Source: the human T2T-CHM13v2.0 reference genome, Homo sapiens
Assembly (NCBI RefSeq): GCF_009914755.1
Contig: NC_060926.1
Strand: one strand, 5' to 3'
DNA length: 64,000 nucleotides
Of the stretch, positions 1 to 16,491 are shown piece by piece (position 1 is the first letter of the stretch; each line of letters opens with the position of its first letter). The notes beneath the pieces are model-generated. The model was given only the letters and a program-made list of their open reading frames with translations. It ran no database searches and was not told where the DNA came from. Both the position numbers and the translations under genes were made by a program.

Positions 1-254
1 AATTAAAAGTCAGTTTGTTGATATCTACAAAATATCATCCTTGGAATATTATGGGGATTTTGATGACCCTACAAATCAAGTTTTGAAGAATGACATCTTA
101 ACAATATTGAGTCTTCTAACCTCTGAACATGGAATATCTTTCCATTTTTTAGACCTTCTTGATACATTGCTTTGTATACGTGCATATCAAGGATACTTCT
201 GTGATACAAACTAAAAGTGTTTTGTAGTTTTCTACATACAAGCCTTGTTATAGT
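1..254 (-). repeat. Inverted copy of the L1M ORF2 segment at 3900-4154 (runs off the left window edge)
   Basis: Reverse complement of 1-254 aligns to 3900-4154 with about 9 differences by manual comparison (8 substitutions, 1 indel). Confidence 0.93.
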
Positions 255-2164
<1,910 letters not shown>

Positions 2165-2174
2165 TTCTTTTGAA

Positions 2175-2472
2175 AAATCTCAGATGAATTAAGCCATATA
2201 GCCATCTCTGCTTAGGCACCAGTCAAAAGTGTGTGAAGTCATCTTAACCCTTCAGACCATCCTTCCACCAGCTGAATCCTGCCAAATGGCATCATTCAAC
2301 ATCATGCAGAGCAAAAGCATGGGCTAGCTGAGCCTTGCCCAAATTACTAACTCACAAAATTATGAGATATAATACATTTTTTTTTGTTTTCTGTTGTTTT
2401 TTGTTGCTGTTGTTTTGCTTTAGGCTTTAAGTTCTGGGGGAATTTGCTACGTAGCAATAGATAACTGGGACA
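2175..2472 (+). mobile_element. MLT1 (MaLR) LTR, 3' part
   Basis: Ends with TTTAAG...GGGGAATTTGCTACGTAGCAATAGATAACTGGGACA, typical of old MLT1 LTR termini. Confidence 0.7.
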
Positions 2473-3870
2473 GAGTTTGGCACCTAGATGTGTGGTGTTG
2501 TGATAACCAATAATATAAAAGCTATAGTATTGGCTGGTATGAAGTGGAGAGCAGGAACTGCAAAGAACTATCCATGAAACCTTAAATGGCCTCAGGGAGG
2601 CTATTAGGGCACCAAGGACAATGAGGAAAATGCTATTGGAGGCTAGTGAAAAGGGCCGCTGAGTTATATACAGACAGAACAGTTAGCAAAACTGTTGCCT
2701 GAAGCAATATGGAAAATAGAATTGCAGCCTAATAGTCTCAAAAATCTTGCTAAGGAATCCATAGGCACAGATTCTTCTAGCTCCCTATGACAAAATGAAA
2801 GATGGGAGAAACAAACTAAAGAAGAAATCTCTCAGTTTTCTAGCATAATTTGGAGGAAATACTAAGAGCTCAGGACAGTCTTTCCAAGCCAACAAAAACT
2901 GTTAAAAGTAAGAAATAGCCTCATAGAAAAGATCAAATCTAGGTCCTTCTTAGAAAGCAAGGTCTGAGGGTAAAGATGAAGTAAAGGATGAAAGTGTGAA
3001 ACCTTTTTTTAAGACCTCAGAGAGATGTAAGGTGGTGTTTTATGAACACTTTCAGCTGGACAAAATAACTTCTAAGGATAAAAATCCTTCTTAGGCAAGC
3101 CCTGTAGACTCTCTTCTTTAAAAATATTGGGCTTCAGAGAATCTTGGAGGCATTGTCTTAGCCTCACAGAGTACCCTATGTATACAAAAGCCTATTTTGA
3201 AGATGTTTGTGGGTGTGGTGTTATCTATTGGTATGAATTATAAATTAATATACATGAAATCTACAAAGTTTTTTAAAAATTGTATCAGTTGGACAGAAAA
3301 ATACAGTGATATTACAGAATACAAAAGGTATTTGGGTTCCTAATTTTCTTTAGGCAAAAAAGAAAGCTGAGAAACTATTCAGCTAGAAACATATGCTGTT
3401 TCTTACAGAAAGGAAAGATGAGTTCAATGTCAGAACAAAGTGCTCAGAGGGAGAAGCAAATAGGCACAGAGAATTATTTCCATGGAACAGTACTGAGTTC
3501 TAATTTTTTTTTAAATGACAACATCTGTTTGATTGAATTTCAGAATTGCTATGGACCAGAGATTGCCGTATGCCTCCTGCTTTCCCCCTTTTTGAACAGG
3601 ATAGTCTATTGCTGTCATCCTATGCCTATCTCACCATTATATATTGTGTGTGGGAAACAGATAACTTATCTTTGGTTCACAAGTTAACATCAAGAGAAAG
3701 TATAAATGAAGGAGCCTAATATACAACTGAACTTGTTTTAAAGGAATGAGATCTTAGACTTCATGATAATATTACAATAGGATAAGAGTTTGTGGGATTT
3801 GGAAGAAGTGAGTGTATTTTCCATGTGGAAGAAATATAAGCAATTTATGCCTCAAAGCAAACCATGATGG
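2473..3870 (+). mobile_element. MLT1-int (MaLR internal region)
   Basis: Starts TTTGGCACCTAG directly after the LTR; contains GAGGAAAATGCTATTGGAGGC and TTTCAGAATTGCTATGGACCAG; ends with GAGTGTATTTTCCATGTG near the polypurine region. Confidence 0.7.
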
Positions 3871-5287
3871 ACTAAAAATACTCAGATACAAATTTAAAAA
3901 CTATAACAAGGCTTGTATGTAGAAAACTACAAAACACTTTTAGTTTGTATCACAGAAGTATGCTTGATATGCATGTATACACAGAAATGTATCAAGAAGA
4001 TCTAAAAAAATGGAAAGATATTCCACGTTCAGAGGTTAGAAGACTCAATATTGTTAAGATGTCATTCTTCAAAACTTGATTTGTAGGGTCATCAAAATCC
4101 CCGTAATATTCCAAGGATGATATTTTGTAGATATCAATAAACTGACTTTTAATTTCATATGTAAAGACAAAAGACCGAGAATAGCTAATAAAATACCGAA
4201 GCAAAAAAAATGACACTTACCAATTTCAATATTTACTGTAAAGCAAAGTAATCAATACAACATGGTATTGGCAAAATTATAAACATAGAGCAATATAACA
4301 GAATGTAGGACATAGAAGTAGACCCCCCAAATATAGTCAACTGATTTTTTATAAAGGCTCAACAACAGTTCAATGAAGAAATGATAGACTTTTCAACAAA
4401 TTATACTGAAAGAATTAGACATCCATACGCAAAAAAATGAATTCAGACACAGACCTTACACTAAAGCTAACTCAAAATGGATTTTACAGCTAAATGTAAA
4501 GTGAAAGACAAACAACCAAAAACCTACAAGAAGAAAGCATAGGAGAAAATTTATGTGACCTTAGTTTGGTGATAAGTTCATAGCCACTATGCCAAAATCA
4601 TGACCTATGAAGGAAAAATATTGATAAATTCGACTTAATTAAATGAAAATCTTCTACTCTACAAAGACAGTGTTAAGAGGAATATAAAGCAAGCCATGGC
4701 TGGGAGAAAATATTTGTAAAATACTTATCTAATGAAGGAATTGTATCCAAAATATTAAAGAACCCTTAAAACCCAACAATAAGAACACAAACAACCCAAT
4801 TAAAAATGAGCAAAATATCTGGACAGATACTTGCCAAAGGAGATATACAGATGGCAAAGAAGCATATGAAAAGATGCTCAACATGATTTCTCATTAGGAA
4901 AATGCAAATTAAAACAACCGTGAGATACCACTGTATACCTTGTAGAATGACTAACCTCCAATGATCTGAAAATAGCAATTAATATTTAGGGTGCAGACCT
5001 ACAGGCACTCTTATTCATTGTTGGTGGGGAGACAAAGTGGCACAGCCACTTTGGAAGACAGAGTGGCAGTTTCTGACAAAGTTAACCATAGTTTTATCAC
5101 ATGTTCCAGCAATCATGCCCCTAGGTATTTACCCAACTAATTTGAAAACTTACATTCACACAAAAATATGCATGTAAACATTTGTAGCAAGTTTATTTAC
5201 AATTATCCAATTGGAAGCAACCAATAGGGGACCTTCAATAAGGGAATGGATAAACAATTTTTATATATCCATACAATGGAATACTAT

Positions 5288-5645
5288 TGCTGTCATTCAA
5301 ATGTTTGTGTCTGCACAAAAGTCATATGTTGAAATCCTAACCCCAAAGTGATGGTATTAGAAGATGGGGCCTTTGAAAGGTAATTAGGTCATGAAAATGA
5401 AGCTCTTAAGAATAGGACTGATGCACTTATAAAAGAGGTCTGAGAGAGCTCCTTGCTCCTTCTGCCATGTGAGGTTCTAATGAAAAGATGGCCATCTAGG
5501 AAGCAGACACTTGCAAGAAATCGAATCTGCTGGCACCTTGATCTTAAAATTTCCAGACACCAGAACTTTGAGAAAAAAATTTCTGTTGTGTATAAGTCAC
5601 CCAGTTAATGACATTTCATTACAGCAGTGTTAACATACTAAGACA
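5288..5645 (+). mobile_element. MLT1A/MLT1A0 solo LTR
   Basis: TG...CA termini, CATATGTTGAAATCCTAACCCC, CTGCTGGCACCTTGATCTT; perfect 5-bp TSD ACTAT (5283-5287, 5646-5650). Confidence 0.88.
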
Positions 5646-6147
5646 ACTATCCAGTGATAAGGAATGTGCTCTCAAGCCATACAGAGACATGGGTTAATCT
5701 TAAATGTGTGTTGCTAAGTGAAAGAAGCCAGACTGAAAAAAACTACATACTATATGATTCCAACTATATGGCAATCTGGCAAAAAAAAAAAAAAAATGTA
5801 AGGTAGAAAACTGATCCACTGATCACTGTACCAGGGTTTGGGGATAGAGGGTTATATAGGGGAAACTCAGGGGATATTTTTGGGTAGCAAACCTCTTCTG
5901 TATAAAACAGTAAGGGTTGATACATGACACAATGCAATTTTCAAAACTAAAAGAACTTTATAGCACAAAGAGTGAAGCTTAACATATGCAAATTAAAAAA
6001 TAAGAGGTCACAGGGCTCCAAGATGGAATGGAGAATGTGACAAACAATCTAATTAGATTACACATATATGAAACAAACTCACTTGAAGGGATGAGGGAGA
6101 ACTGTTCTGGCCTCAGTAACTTTGAAATAAGTGGAATCTGTAAGACA

Positions 6148-6389
6148 AATGGCAGAAGGAACCATGCATAAGCACTGTACTTTAGCTGACAAAGTTGTTT
6201 CTCTATGGGTAACAATTCTAAAACTACTACACAATCATACAGCAATTAAACACATAAGTAAATGAATGGCAGAAAGAACCATGCATAAGCACTGTACTTT
6301 AGCTGACAAAGTTGTTTCTCTAGGGGTAACAATTCTAAAACTACTACACAATCACACAGCAATTAAACACATGAGTAAATGAATGGCAG
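6148..6389 (+). repeat. 117-bp tandem duplication inside the L1 3'UTR
   Basis: Units start at 6148 and 6265 and differ at 4 positions; AATGGCAG recurs at 6148, 6265 and 6382. Confidence 0.95.
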
Positions 6390-7643
6390 GAAATAGTAGC
6401 CACTTTTCTTATTGCTGGAGTAGAAGATCACAGATAGCAAGGGGAGGGAGCTAAAATGAACAGTCTAGAAATGGATTACAGTTGAAGACATCAGTATGCA
6501 AACTCATGTTTAGCTTAATAAAGACACAGATGCTTACATATAAAAATATTTATAGATATGTGTACACACGTATATGTCTCTTTGCTCTGTCAGCTGGGAG
6601 GGCCTGACAGCAATAATGCCACTATAGCAACAAACATACTTAGCTCCCAGATCTTGATTTCAAAAATGATTCTCTAGTAAAAGGAACCTGGGATTCTTAG
6701 AGAAATGGCTGAATTTAGGACTGGGACGTCCCAAATTCTGGAGAATCCTGTGGTGAACTAAAGTAAGAAAGTACTGAAAACAAATAAACAAACAAAGGGA
6801 TCCCACAATATTAGGTATGTCAAAGGGTACAGAAGCCAACTGGAAGAGTTCTCAATGGCCAAAGCTGGAACAATTTGAGAAACAAAATAAACAAATTAGT
6901 ATTTAATTATTAATGAAATTATAAAATAAATATCCATAAATCCATACTGATATTGATAAATAACTTTATAAATGAATAAATAGAGGAGAACATCTTGTGC
7001 AGAAAATTCTAAACAATTTATATAAATACGCTGCTGTTAAGGAGATAAAGCATACTTCAAATCAGGTAATCAAGGTTAACATCAGTAGTGGTAAGTCATT
7101 ATTACATCACAGTACCTACTCTTGATATACATCAAGGTATGTATGGTACATACCTATCATATACCCCTGATGTGATAAAAATGGCCCTTCACCTCTGTGT
7201 ATTCCTACTAAAAACACATTTCTTCAATCTAACCATGAGAAAAACATCAGATACATTCCAGTTATGACATATTCTACAAAACATACAATGTGTACTCCTC
7301 AAACCTGTCAAGGTCATTGAAAACAGAAAAGTCTGGGCAACTGTCATTTATAGCCAAGAGAAGCCTAAGGAGACATGATTGCTAAATGTTATATAATTTC
7401 CTGAATGGGATCCTATAACCAGAAAAATGAAGATTAAGAGAAAGCTGAACAAATCTGAATAAAGTATGTACATTATTTAATACCAATTTAACAATGCTAT
7501 TTCATTAATTGGGACAAATATACCATACTAATGTCAAATGCTAATAATGGGAAAAACTGAGTGTGGAGTATATAGGAACTCTCTGTACTATGCTTTCAAT
7601 GATTCAGTAAATCTAAAACTGCTTTAAAATAAAAAGTGTATTT

Positions 7644-8550
<907 letters not shown>

Positions 8551-8699
8551 AAAGAAGATAATAGAGTCAAATAAAAACTAAAAATGGAAATACTGCATTA
8601 GAGGACTGCTCCAAATGCCTTGAAATAATTAAATTGGACTATATTATTCTGGTTATAGCAACAAATGGCTTTAAAATAAAATAAAAGGCAGTGGTAAAC

Positions 8700-8900
8700 A
8701 GTGACAAAGACACAAGAGATTCACGTAAGATGAAGACAATAAAAATTCATTGATGTTAGCTACATGAAAGACATCAGTGACTTAAATGAAAGTAGTTTCA
8801 ATGGGGTACTAGGAATGGGAACCAAATTTCAGTAGAGTGAGGGTCAAATAAGCACTGAAATAAAACACAGCCTTGTAATAAACTTTTTTTGAGAAGATAA
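8700..8900 (-). mobile_element. L2 fragment
   Basis: GTAAGATGAAGAC...CATCAGTGACTT...GTAGTTTCAATGGGG resembles antisense L2. Confidence 0.55.
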
Positions 8901-9204
8901 ATGAAACTGCTTCCTTTATAACAGGACAGAAATAGAAGGAAATGGATGCAAAAGTAAGTAGGGTTTTACACTGTGGTGGGAACATCACAGATTTTGGCAT
9001 CTCTTGGTTTCCATATTGTCAATTAATAATGAAGTGAATAAAGGTCTACATCGGAAATTTAATCCGGGGAAATTAAGAGACTTTCAGAGTTGGAAAGTTA
9101 GCTTCTTAGAGCATCATAGTAGGATTTCCGTGCTATTGTGGAACTCCATTTAGAAATGAATTTGTATTCATACAATATTCATGGCTGTACATAAATTATT
9201 GTTA

Positions 9205-9720
9205 ATTAGGTAGCAGCATTATATTCTTTGCATTTATCTAAGAGAAATTAAAACTGTTCACTCAAAAAACTGTAAAGAAATCATTACAGTAGCTTTATTT
9301 CTAATTACTAAAACTTAGAAAGAACTCAAATGTCCTTCAACAGGTCACTGAGATATATCCATACAATGCAATACTACTCGACATCAAAGAGATAAAACAC
9401 ACTAATGATAGGTGCAGCAACATGGACTCTCAGACGCACTATGCTAAGTGGAAGAGGCCATATCTAAAAGGATGGATAATTATGATTCAATTTATATCAT
9501 ATTCAGGAAAAGGTAAATCTATAGCCTGGTAGTTTCTTAGGTCCCCGTGGTGAGGGGGAGTAGACTACAAAGGGATGCAAAGGAATTGTTGTACTGATGG
9601 ATTTATTTTATATTTTTATTGTGGTAGTGGTTACATGACTCTGTGTTAGTTATATCTCATACAGCTGTACCGTAAGAAGGAAAAATGTTAATATATGTAA
9701 ATTAGGCCTTCATAATTATT
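9205..9720 (+). mobile_element. L1ME/L1MB 3' end fragment
   Basis: AAATGTCCTTCAACAGG, ATCCATACAATG, TATGCTAAGTG, TATGATTCAATTTATAT, GTGGTAGTGGTTACATGA. Confidence 0.75.
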
Positions 9721-12561
9721 TTTAATTTAGTTGATAACAGGTAAGTGTGGCGGCTTAGACTTCTAACTTTGACTGAGTCAAACAATTATTTGAAGCATGA
9801 TGAAAGTGGTCTTAACAGTTTCTCAAAGTAGAAATTCCCAAACGGTCTTCTAAGAATAAGTTACAGGTGGACCAGAGATGCTGCTCTCTTTTAATTGCAA
9901 GGGCAGGGAACAGGCCCTAGGCCCCAGAGCTCCTAAACTAGGCATTTCGGCTGGAAGCAGCTTCAACCATTTACCCCATTGAGCTGTAAACATGTTATTG
10001 TCTGTGTTAGTGTTATGTGAGAAGCATGGAAACCACTGTCGTAGAAGGAGATTGGCCCTTCTTAGAAGGAGATAGTGCTGTAGTTCTTACTACTTCGCTC
10101 ATTCCTGCAAGAGCTTCAGAGAGAGTAGCACTGCAGTGATTAGGGCATGCTTCCTGCTCCAGGCTGTTACTGGAAAGGTAGTCTAGACAACAGAAGAAAA
10201 CACAATTGCTATTGTCTATAAAAACTACAGTAAGACAAAAAAACTGAAGCCAAATCTATGGTTAAAGAAAATTAAGAATCCTAAAATGCTCTCATTATTT
10301 AATAAGGAAGAATAAAACTCAATGAACTTAACATGTCATTGAATAGCCTGGGGTGAAAAGTTGAAGAACAAAATAAATTTAATTTTAAAAATAAACAAGT
10401 GAAAGTAATAAATTAAGGGCATGAAATAATACATTTTTAAAAAGGAAGTTTGATATTGAAGATTCTGCTCACGCACACAAATAAATATGCAAGTATTAAA
10501 AAATTCCAAAGAAAAATCAGAAAATGAATTAACTTACAGTTACAGCAATAACTAAAAATATAAAATTTTCAATAAAAACAATAGGCTTCTAAGAAGACAA
10601 AAAATTACCAAATTGATTTTGTAAAAAATTACTAAAATTGATTCAGAAAACCTGAATAAACCATTAACCCATAAAGAAATGGGAAAAGGTATCAAATATT
10701 AAACTTAACTTCTCCATGCTATATATACTTTTCAAGAACATAAAAAAATTACATCAGGTCTATCTAGTGATAAATGGTAACTTTCTTTTTCTTTTCCATA
10801 TATCCTAAATATTATAAGCAATATGCATCACTTTTGTAATTAGAAAGAAAACACTAAATTTTATTTTTAAAACAAATAGTCCCAACCAAGCTTCTGTTAC
10901 TATTATCAATTAGTTACGGATTTGGCCTTTGCAATCCTGCCACCTCAACACAAGTTTTAAAAAATTATCTTCATTCTTCTAAAAAGTATTTAAGTTTTGC
11001 ATCTTCTCAGTGAATATATGTCACAACTGATTAAGGAAAGTATACTTGCTTGGGAGTAGAGAACTAGTTTAAGAACATTTTAAACTGATCAATCTTCCAG
11101 AAGCCTGAATGATCATATGTGAACATGAATCATAGGAATTGTCAAATGAATCTGTTAAAAAACCTGCCTCCAAGTTCTCCCTCATCACTTAACCGTTTTA
11201 TGAAAAGAAGAAATGTCAGATGACTTGAAGTGTTGAAATATAAACTCCCTCTGAAATCTAAGTTGTATTTTTGTCCATCCTAAATAGTTTCCCACATTTG
11301 TGACAAAGTAATAGGAAATTCATTTACTCTCTAAACATAATGAAAGTTTAAAGGAAAGGTGCTGCCGTATTTGCCCCATATATGCTGGCAGACAAGCCTC
11401 TAGTTGTCATCGATGGAAGACACAGGAATATACATGGCAGAAAAAAATACTCTTGTAAGGATTTGAACAGTATTGCAAAATAACAATGAGGGAGGTGAGA
11501 AGTCACTTGCTTAGCAGAGGAAAAAGCCAGGAAGAAAAATACAATAGCATGAAAAAAAAGAAAATGATGGAATCACCTAAAAGCACTCTCACTTTTTATT
11601 TCCTTTCTTCTCTATTAAAAATTTAAAAACTGAAAGATTTCAAAATTACCTAAGACAACAAACGCATTTGATTCAAGATAGACTCTAAAGATACCTGCAG
11701 CCATTGAAAAAGTGGAGGTGAGAACCATAACAAACAATGTGAGGAAGTAATAACAAGAGAACTCCTTAGATCTTTAGCAAATGTGAATAAAGTAAGAGAT
11801 ACATACTAGGGAATGAAGAAGCTTCAGGGGCATGAGGAATTTCAGTATCCATATACTATTCACTGAATAAGTATTGCCCATATGTTCTTTAGGTAAACTA
11901 AGTTCCTTTTCTATAAGAGAAAAGTAATGCCAATGGGGAATATGTAACTCATGGCTGCACATTTTTCAAATATCTCTAGATTTTTTAAGAGTTGGGGTTG
12001 GAATTCAGGGAATTAACAAAAGAAAAGGTAGCTAACTCTGTTCCTTGAAATTATGATTGGATTAATAATGGAGTAATGGACTAATAATTATGGCATTTGA
12101 TTTTTATCACATATTGTATTGTGTACTATATATGCATTGTTTAAAAACATTAAGAGGAAAATGTATTAGAATAACATGGGGAAAACAAAAAGCAACAGAA
12201 TAGCCAGCGATTACACACAGAAGGAGGCCATTTAAAAGTGGCTGTGTCCATAAATTTTCAGATAAGACCCATATGGGATGAAATTTAGTCATATTCTATT
12301 TCAGAATAATGATAAAATTCAAAATATGTGAGCAATGTATGAGAAATCACAGAATGCAAAGAAGTATCAAACAACGGAAATTGGCAGGTTTCTAATTTTT
12401 AAATCAGGGCAACATATGGGCTTATTCACTCACCAAATATTTACTCAGCACATGATACATATTACTTCATATATGTGGCAAAGAAAAATAAAGTTTATTC
12501 TCTTATCATTTGACAGTAGGTACCATGGTTCAGAGAAAATAACACAATTCATTAGGGTTGG

Positions 12562-14815
12562 TGTATTACTCTGTTCTCACGCTGCTATGAAGAAATACAT
12601 GAGACTGGGTAATTTATAAGGAAAGAGGTTTAATTGACTCAGTTCCACATTGCTAGGGAGGCCTCAGGAAACTTACAATCATGGTGGAAGGCAAAGCAGA
12701 AGCAGGAACCTTCTACAGAGTGTGGAGGGATGGAGTGAGTACAAGCAGGGGAAATACCAGATGCTTGTAAAACTGTCAGATCTAGTAAGAACTCATTCAC
12801 CATCATGAGAACAGCATGGGAGAAACAGCCCCCAATATTCAATTACCTCCACCTGGTCCCACCCTTGACACCTGAAGATTGTGGGGATTATAATTCAAGG
12901 TGAGACTTGGGTGGGGACACAGAGCCAAACCATATCATTCCACCCTGGGCCCCTTCCAAATCTCATGTCCCTTTCACATTTCAAAACCAATTATGCCTTC
13001 TCAACAATTACCCAAAGTCTTAATTCATTCCAGCATTAACCCAAAAGTCCAAGTTCAAAGAATCATCTGAAAAAGGCAAGTCCCTTCTGCCTATGAGCCT
13101 GAAAAATCAAAAGTAAGTTAGTTACTTCCTAGATATAATGAGGGTACAGGCATTGGGTAAATACAACCATTCCAAATGGAAGAAATTGGCCAAAACAAAG
13201 GGGCTACAGGCCCCATGCAAGTCTGAAATTCAGTGGGGCAGTCAAATCTTAAATCTCCAAAATGATTTCCTTTGACTCTATGTCTCACATCCAGGTGATG
13301 CTGATGCAAGAGGTGGACTCCCATGGCCTTGGGCAGCTCCACTCCTGTGGCTTTGCAGGGTACAGCCCTGTTCCTGGCTGTTTTCATGGGCTGGTATTGA
13401 GCGTCTGTGGCTTTTCCAGGTTCAGGATGCAAGCTGTCAGTGGATTTAACATTCTGGCATCTGGAAGACAGTGGCCCTATTCTCACAGCTTCACTAGGCA
13501 GTGCCCCAGTGGGGACTCTGTATGGGGGCTCCAATCCCACATTTCCCTTCCACACTGCCCTAACGTAGGGTCTCCATAAGGGCTCCACTACTGCAACAAA
13601 CTTCTGCCTGCACATCCAGGCATTTTCATACATCCTCTGAAATCGAGGCAGAAGTTCCCAAACCTCAATTCTTGACTTCTGTGCACTCGCAGTTCCAAAG
13701 CCATGTGTAAACTGCCAAGGCTTGGGGCTTGCACCCTCTGAAGCAGTGGCCTGAGCTGTACCTTGGCTCCTTTTAGCCACAGCTGGGATGCAGGGCACCA
13801 GTTCTTGAGACTGCTCATGCACAGAGCAGCAGGGTCCTGGACCTGGCTCACAAAACCATTTTTTCCTCCTAGGCCTGTGATGGAAGGGGCTGCCATGAAG
13901 CTCTCTGACATTCCCTGGAGACATTTTCCCCATTGTCTTGGTGATTAATATTTGGCTTCTTGTTACTTATGCAAATTTCTGCAGCTGGCTTGAATTTTTC
14001 CCCAGAAAATGAGTTTTTCTTTTCTACTGCCTCATCAAGCTGCAAATTTTCCAAACATGTATGTTCTGCTTCTTTTTTAAACTAAGTTCCAATTTCAAAC
14101 CATTACTCTCCAGTTCAAAGTTCCACAGATCTCTAGGGCAGGGGAAAAATGCCACTTCTCTCTTTTCTAGAGAATAGCAAGAGTGACCTCTTTTCCACTC
14201 CCCAAAATGTTCCTCATCTCCATCTGAGACCACCTCAGCCTGGACTTCTTTGTCCATATCACTATCAGTATTTTGGTCAAAATCATTCAACAAGTCTCTA
14301 GGAAATTCCAAACTTTCCCACATTTTCCTCTCTTCTCTGAGTCCTCCAAACTGTTCCAACCTCTGCCCGTTACCCAGTTCCAAAGTCACCTCCACATTTC
14401 AAGGTATCTTATATCAATACCCCACTCTTGTTACCGATTTACTGTATTAGTTCATTTTCACATTGCTATGAAGAAATACGCAAGACCGGGTAACTTATAA
14501 AGGAAAGAAGTTTAATTGACTCATAGTTCTGCATTGCTAAGGAAGCCTCAAGAAACTTATAATCATGCAGAAGGCAAAGGGGAAGGAAGAACCTTCTTCA
14601 CAGGGCAGCAGGACAGAGTGAGTGCAAGCAGGGGAAATGCCAGACACCTATAAAACCATCAGATCTCGTGAGAACTCAGTATCACAAGAGCAGCATGGGG
14701 GAAACCATCCCTATGATTCAGTTACCTCCACCTGGTCCCACCCTTGACATGTGGGAATTATGGGGATTACAATTTGAGGTAAGATTTGGGTGGGGACACA
14801 GAGCCAACCAAAACA
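12562..14815 (-). mobile_element. Full-length THE1D-type MaLR provirus (5'LTR 14443-14815, internal 12938-14442, 3'LTR 12562-12937)
   Basis: Two similar LTRs bounded by TGTATTA... and ...GGGGACACAGAGCCAA; about 1.5 kb of THE1-int between them; perfect 5-bp TSD GTTGG (12557-12561, 14816-14820). Confidence 0.95.
13118..14395 (-). pseudogene. Remnant of the MaLR internal gag-derived ORF, in pieces (123 aa at 14024-14395, 271 aa at 13118-13933)
   Basis: Peptides such as KMWESLEFPRDLLN, EVQAEVVSDGDEE and GLEPPYRVPTGALPS match the recalled THE1/MST internal ORF; broken by frameshifts. Confidence 0.75.
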
Positions 14816-15399
14816 GTTGGCAATAAAATATTAGAATTTATCTTAGTATTTTTAACCTTAAGATAAAAAGACATGAAGCTACATGAATATTTAATATACA
14901 AATTGGCAAAGACATCCACATTGAGCCCAAATGTGAGACCATCAAACATGCTGTATAGTTTATTGGAGCATCCTAATGGAACAGTAGGAGTTCAATAAGA
15001 CAGGTGGCCTTTGCTCATATTTGAACTATTGTAATTTAAGCACACCAGTTAAGTCGATTTACAGAGTACATTGTGTAGTTTTAATGAAATTCACCCTCAC
15101 AAAATGAACAAGAAATTTAAAAAGACTCCCGCAAAGGAGCCACAGATCAAAGGCAATTCTATTAACATACATACAACTGAACAATTAGAAAATGGCAGTG
15201 CTAGGATCTCTATTCTTACTTGAGCACATTTCTCATCAGACTCTTATGAGTTAAAGATCAATGATAGTCTCATCAGATCTAATGCAGTCAGGAGACTTTC
15301 ACTAAAATACTAAAAATAGAAGTAACATTAATATTGACTAAAATATAATTACTAAAATCTAATGAGAAAAAAAGTTTTTCACACTGAAAAGATAAATAA

Positions 15400-15590
15400 T
15401 GTTGCATTCTACTTATCTTTATACTTTTTCAATTCCTATAATTGGTCAAGTTTTATAGTACATCTGTCATATTTGTATTATGTTTATATTTTAGTACAAG
15501 TACATAATTAGACATATATTGGAGTGCAAATGCATAAAAATATTTTACTGAAAGGGGTGCACTATCAAAAACATTTGGAAATCATTAATC
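15400..15590 (+). mobile_element. hAT-Charlie MITE fragment (MER113-like)
   Basis: TTTTACTGAAAGGGGTGCACTATCAAAAACATTTGGAAATCA resembles the recalled terminus of MER113-type elements. Confidence 0.4.
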
Positions 15591-16491
15591 TGGAAGACAT
15601 GCATTCTCTAAATAAAAGTTCTACGAGGCTAACGTCAATAATCAGGAACATGCTGAAAGAGATTTTATAAAGAAATATAAATATAATTTTTAAAGTGTAA
15701 TGATTAGAAACCAACATGACTTAAAAAAATAAGGCATGCAATTGACCTCATTTGTCTTTTTAATAATGTTACTCTGACATTAATATAATGGAGTAAATAC
15801 TACTATTTTGAATTGAGCAAAGTACTCAGAAAATATCAGAATGTGAATAAAATAGTAGAACTTAGATGGCACACTCTAGGAGGAATAGTAAATATTATAG
15901 ACAACCAGAACAATCTTTCCAGCTCACATCCTTTAGTACCACCAGTTCAAAGTCCTTTGATCACTCTGATAACGAGTCCTAATGTCCGTTGATCTATCAC
16001 CCTTCACTGATTTCCCAGCCCCTGATGCCTTCACTACCCTCTTTAGCCACTTTAAATTCCATGGTCCTGTCATTATAACCATTGTCTTACACAGGGTCTT
16101 AGTTAGCTCCCTTGCATTTCCATTGAATTTCTACCCTCTACATCTAAGTCTATGCTTGAATCTAAACATGAATGCAACTAAACTAGTCATAACCATACTC
16201 TCTAGTATAACTTTAAGTTCAGGAAGAAGTAACTCTCAATACCACCAAGGATTATGTGATATTTCCCTGGACTGTTCACACCTTCACTCTCCTAAACAAT
16301 TGTCTCACACTTTTTTGTCTTTTTAAGACATCAACACTTTCTCTTGTCCTCAGTACATTCTAATGGTCTTGCTTCCAATTTCACTGAAAAAAATGAAGTC
16401 ATCACAGCCAACCACCTGCATCTATGTCCATAAACTCTATCCACCCTTCTGTACCCTTCTATTAACATGGAGAATAGCCCAGTTTCCTAGC

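Larger units (their letters stand above)
3880..7640 (+). mobile_element. Old LINE-1 (L1MC/L1MD-type), ORF2 3' part plus long 3'UTR, interrupted by MLT1A
   Basis: Degenerate ORF2 motifs (AAGACTCAATATTGTTAAGATGTC; CATATGAAAAGATGCTCAACAT) and L1MC3-like 3'UTR motifs (CCCAGATCTTG, AGAAATGGCTGA, AATGGCCAAAGCTGGAACAATTTGAG). Confidence 0.8.
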
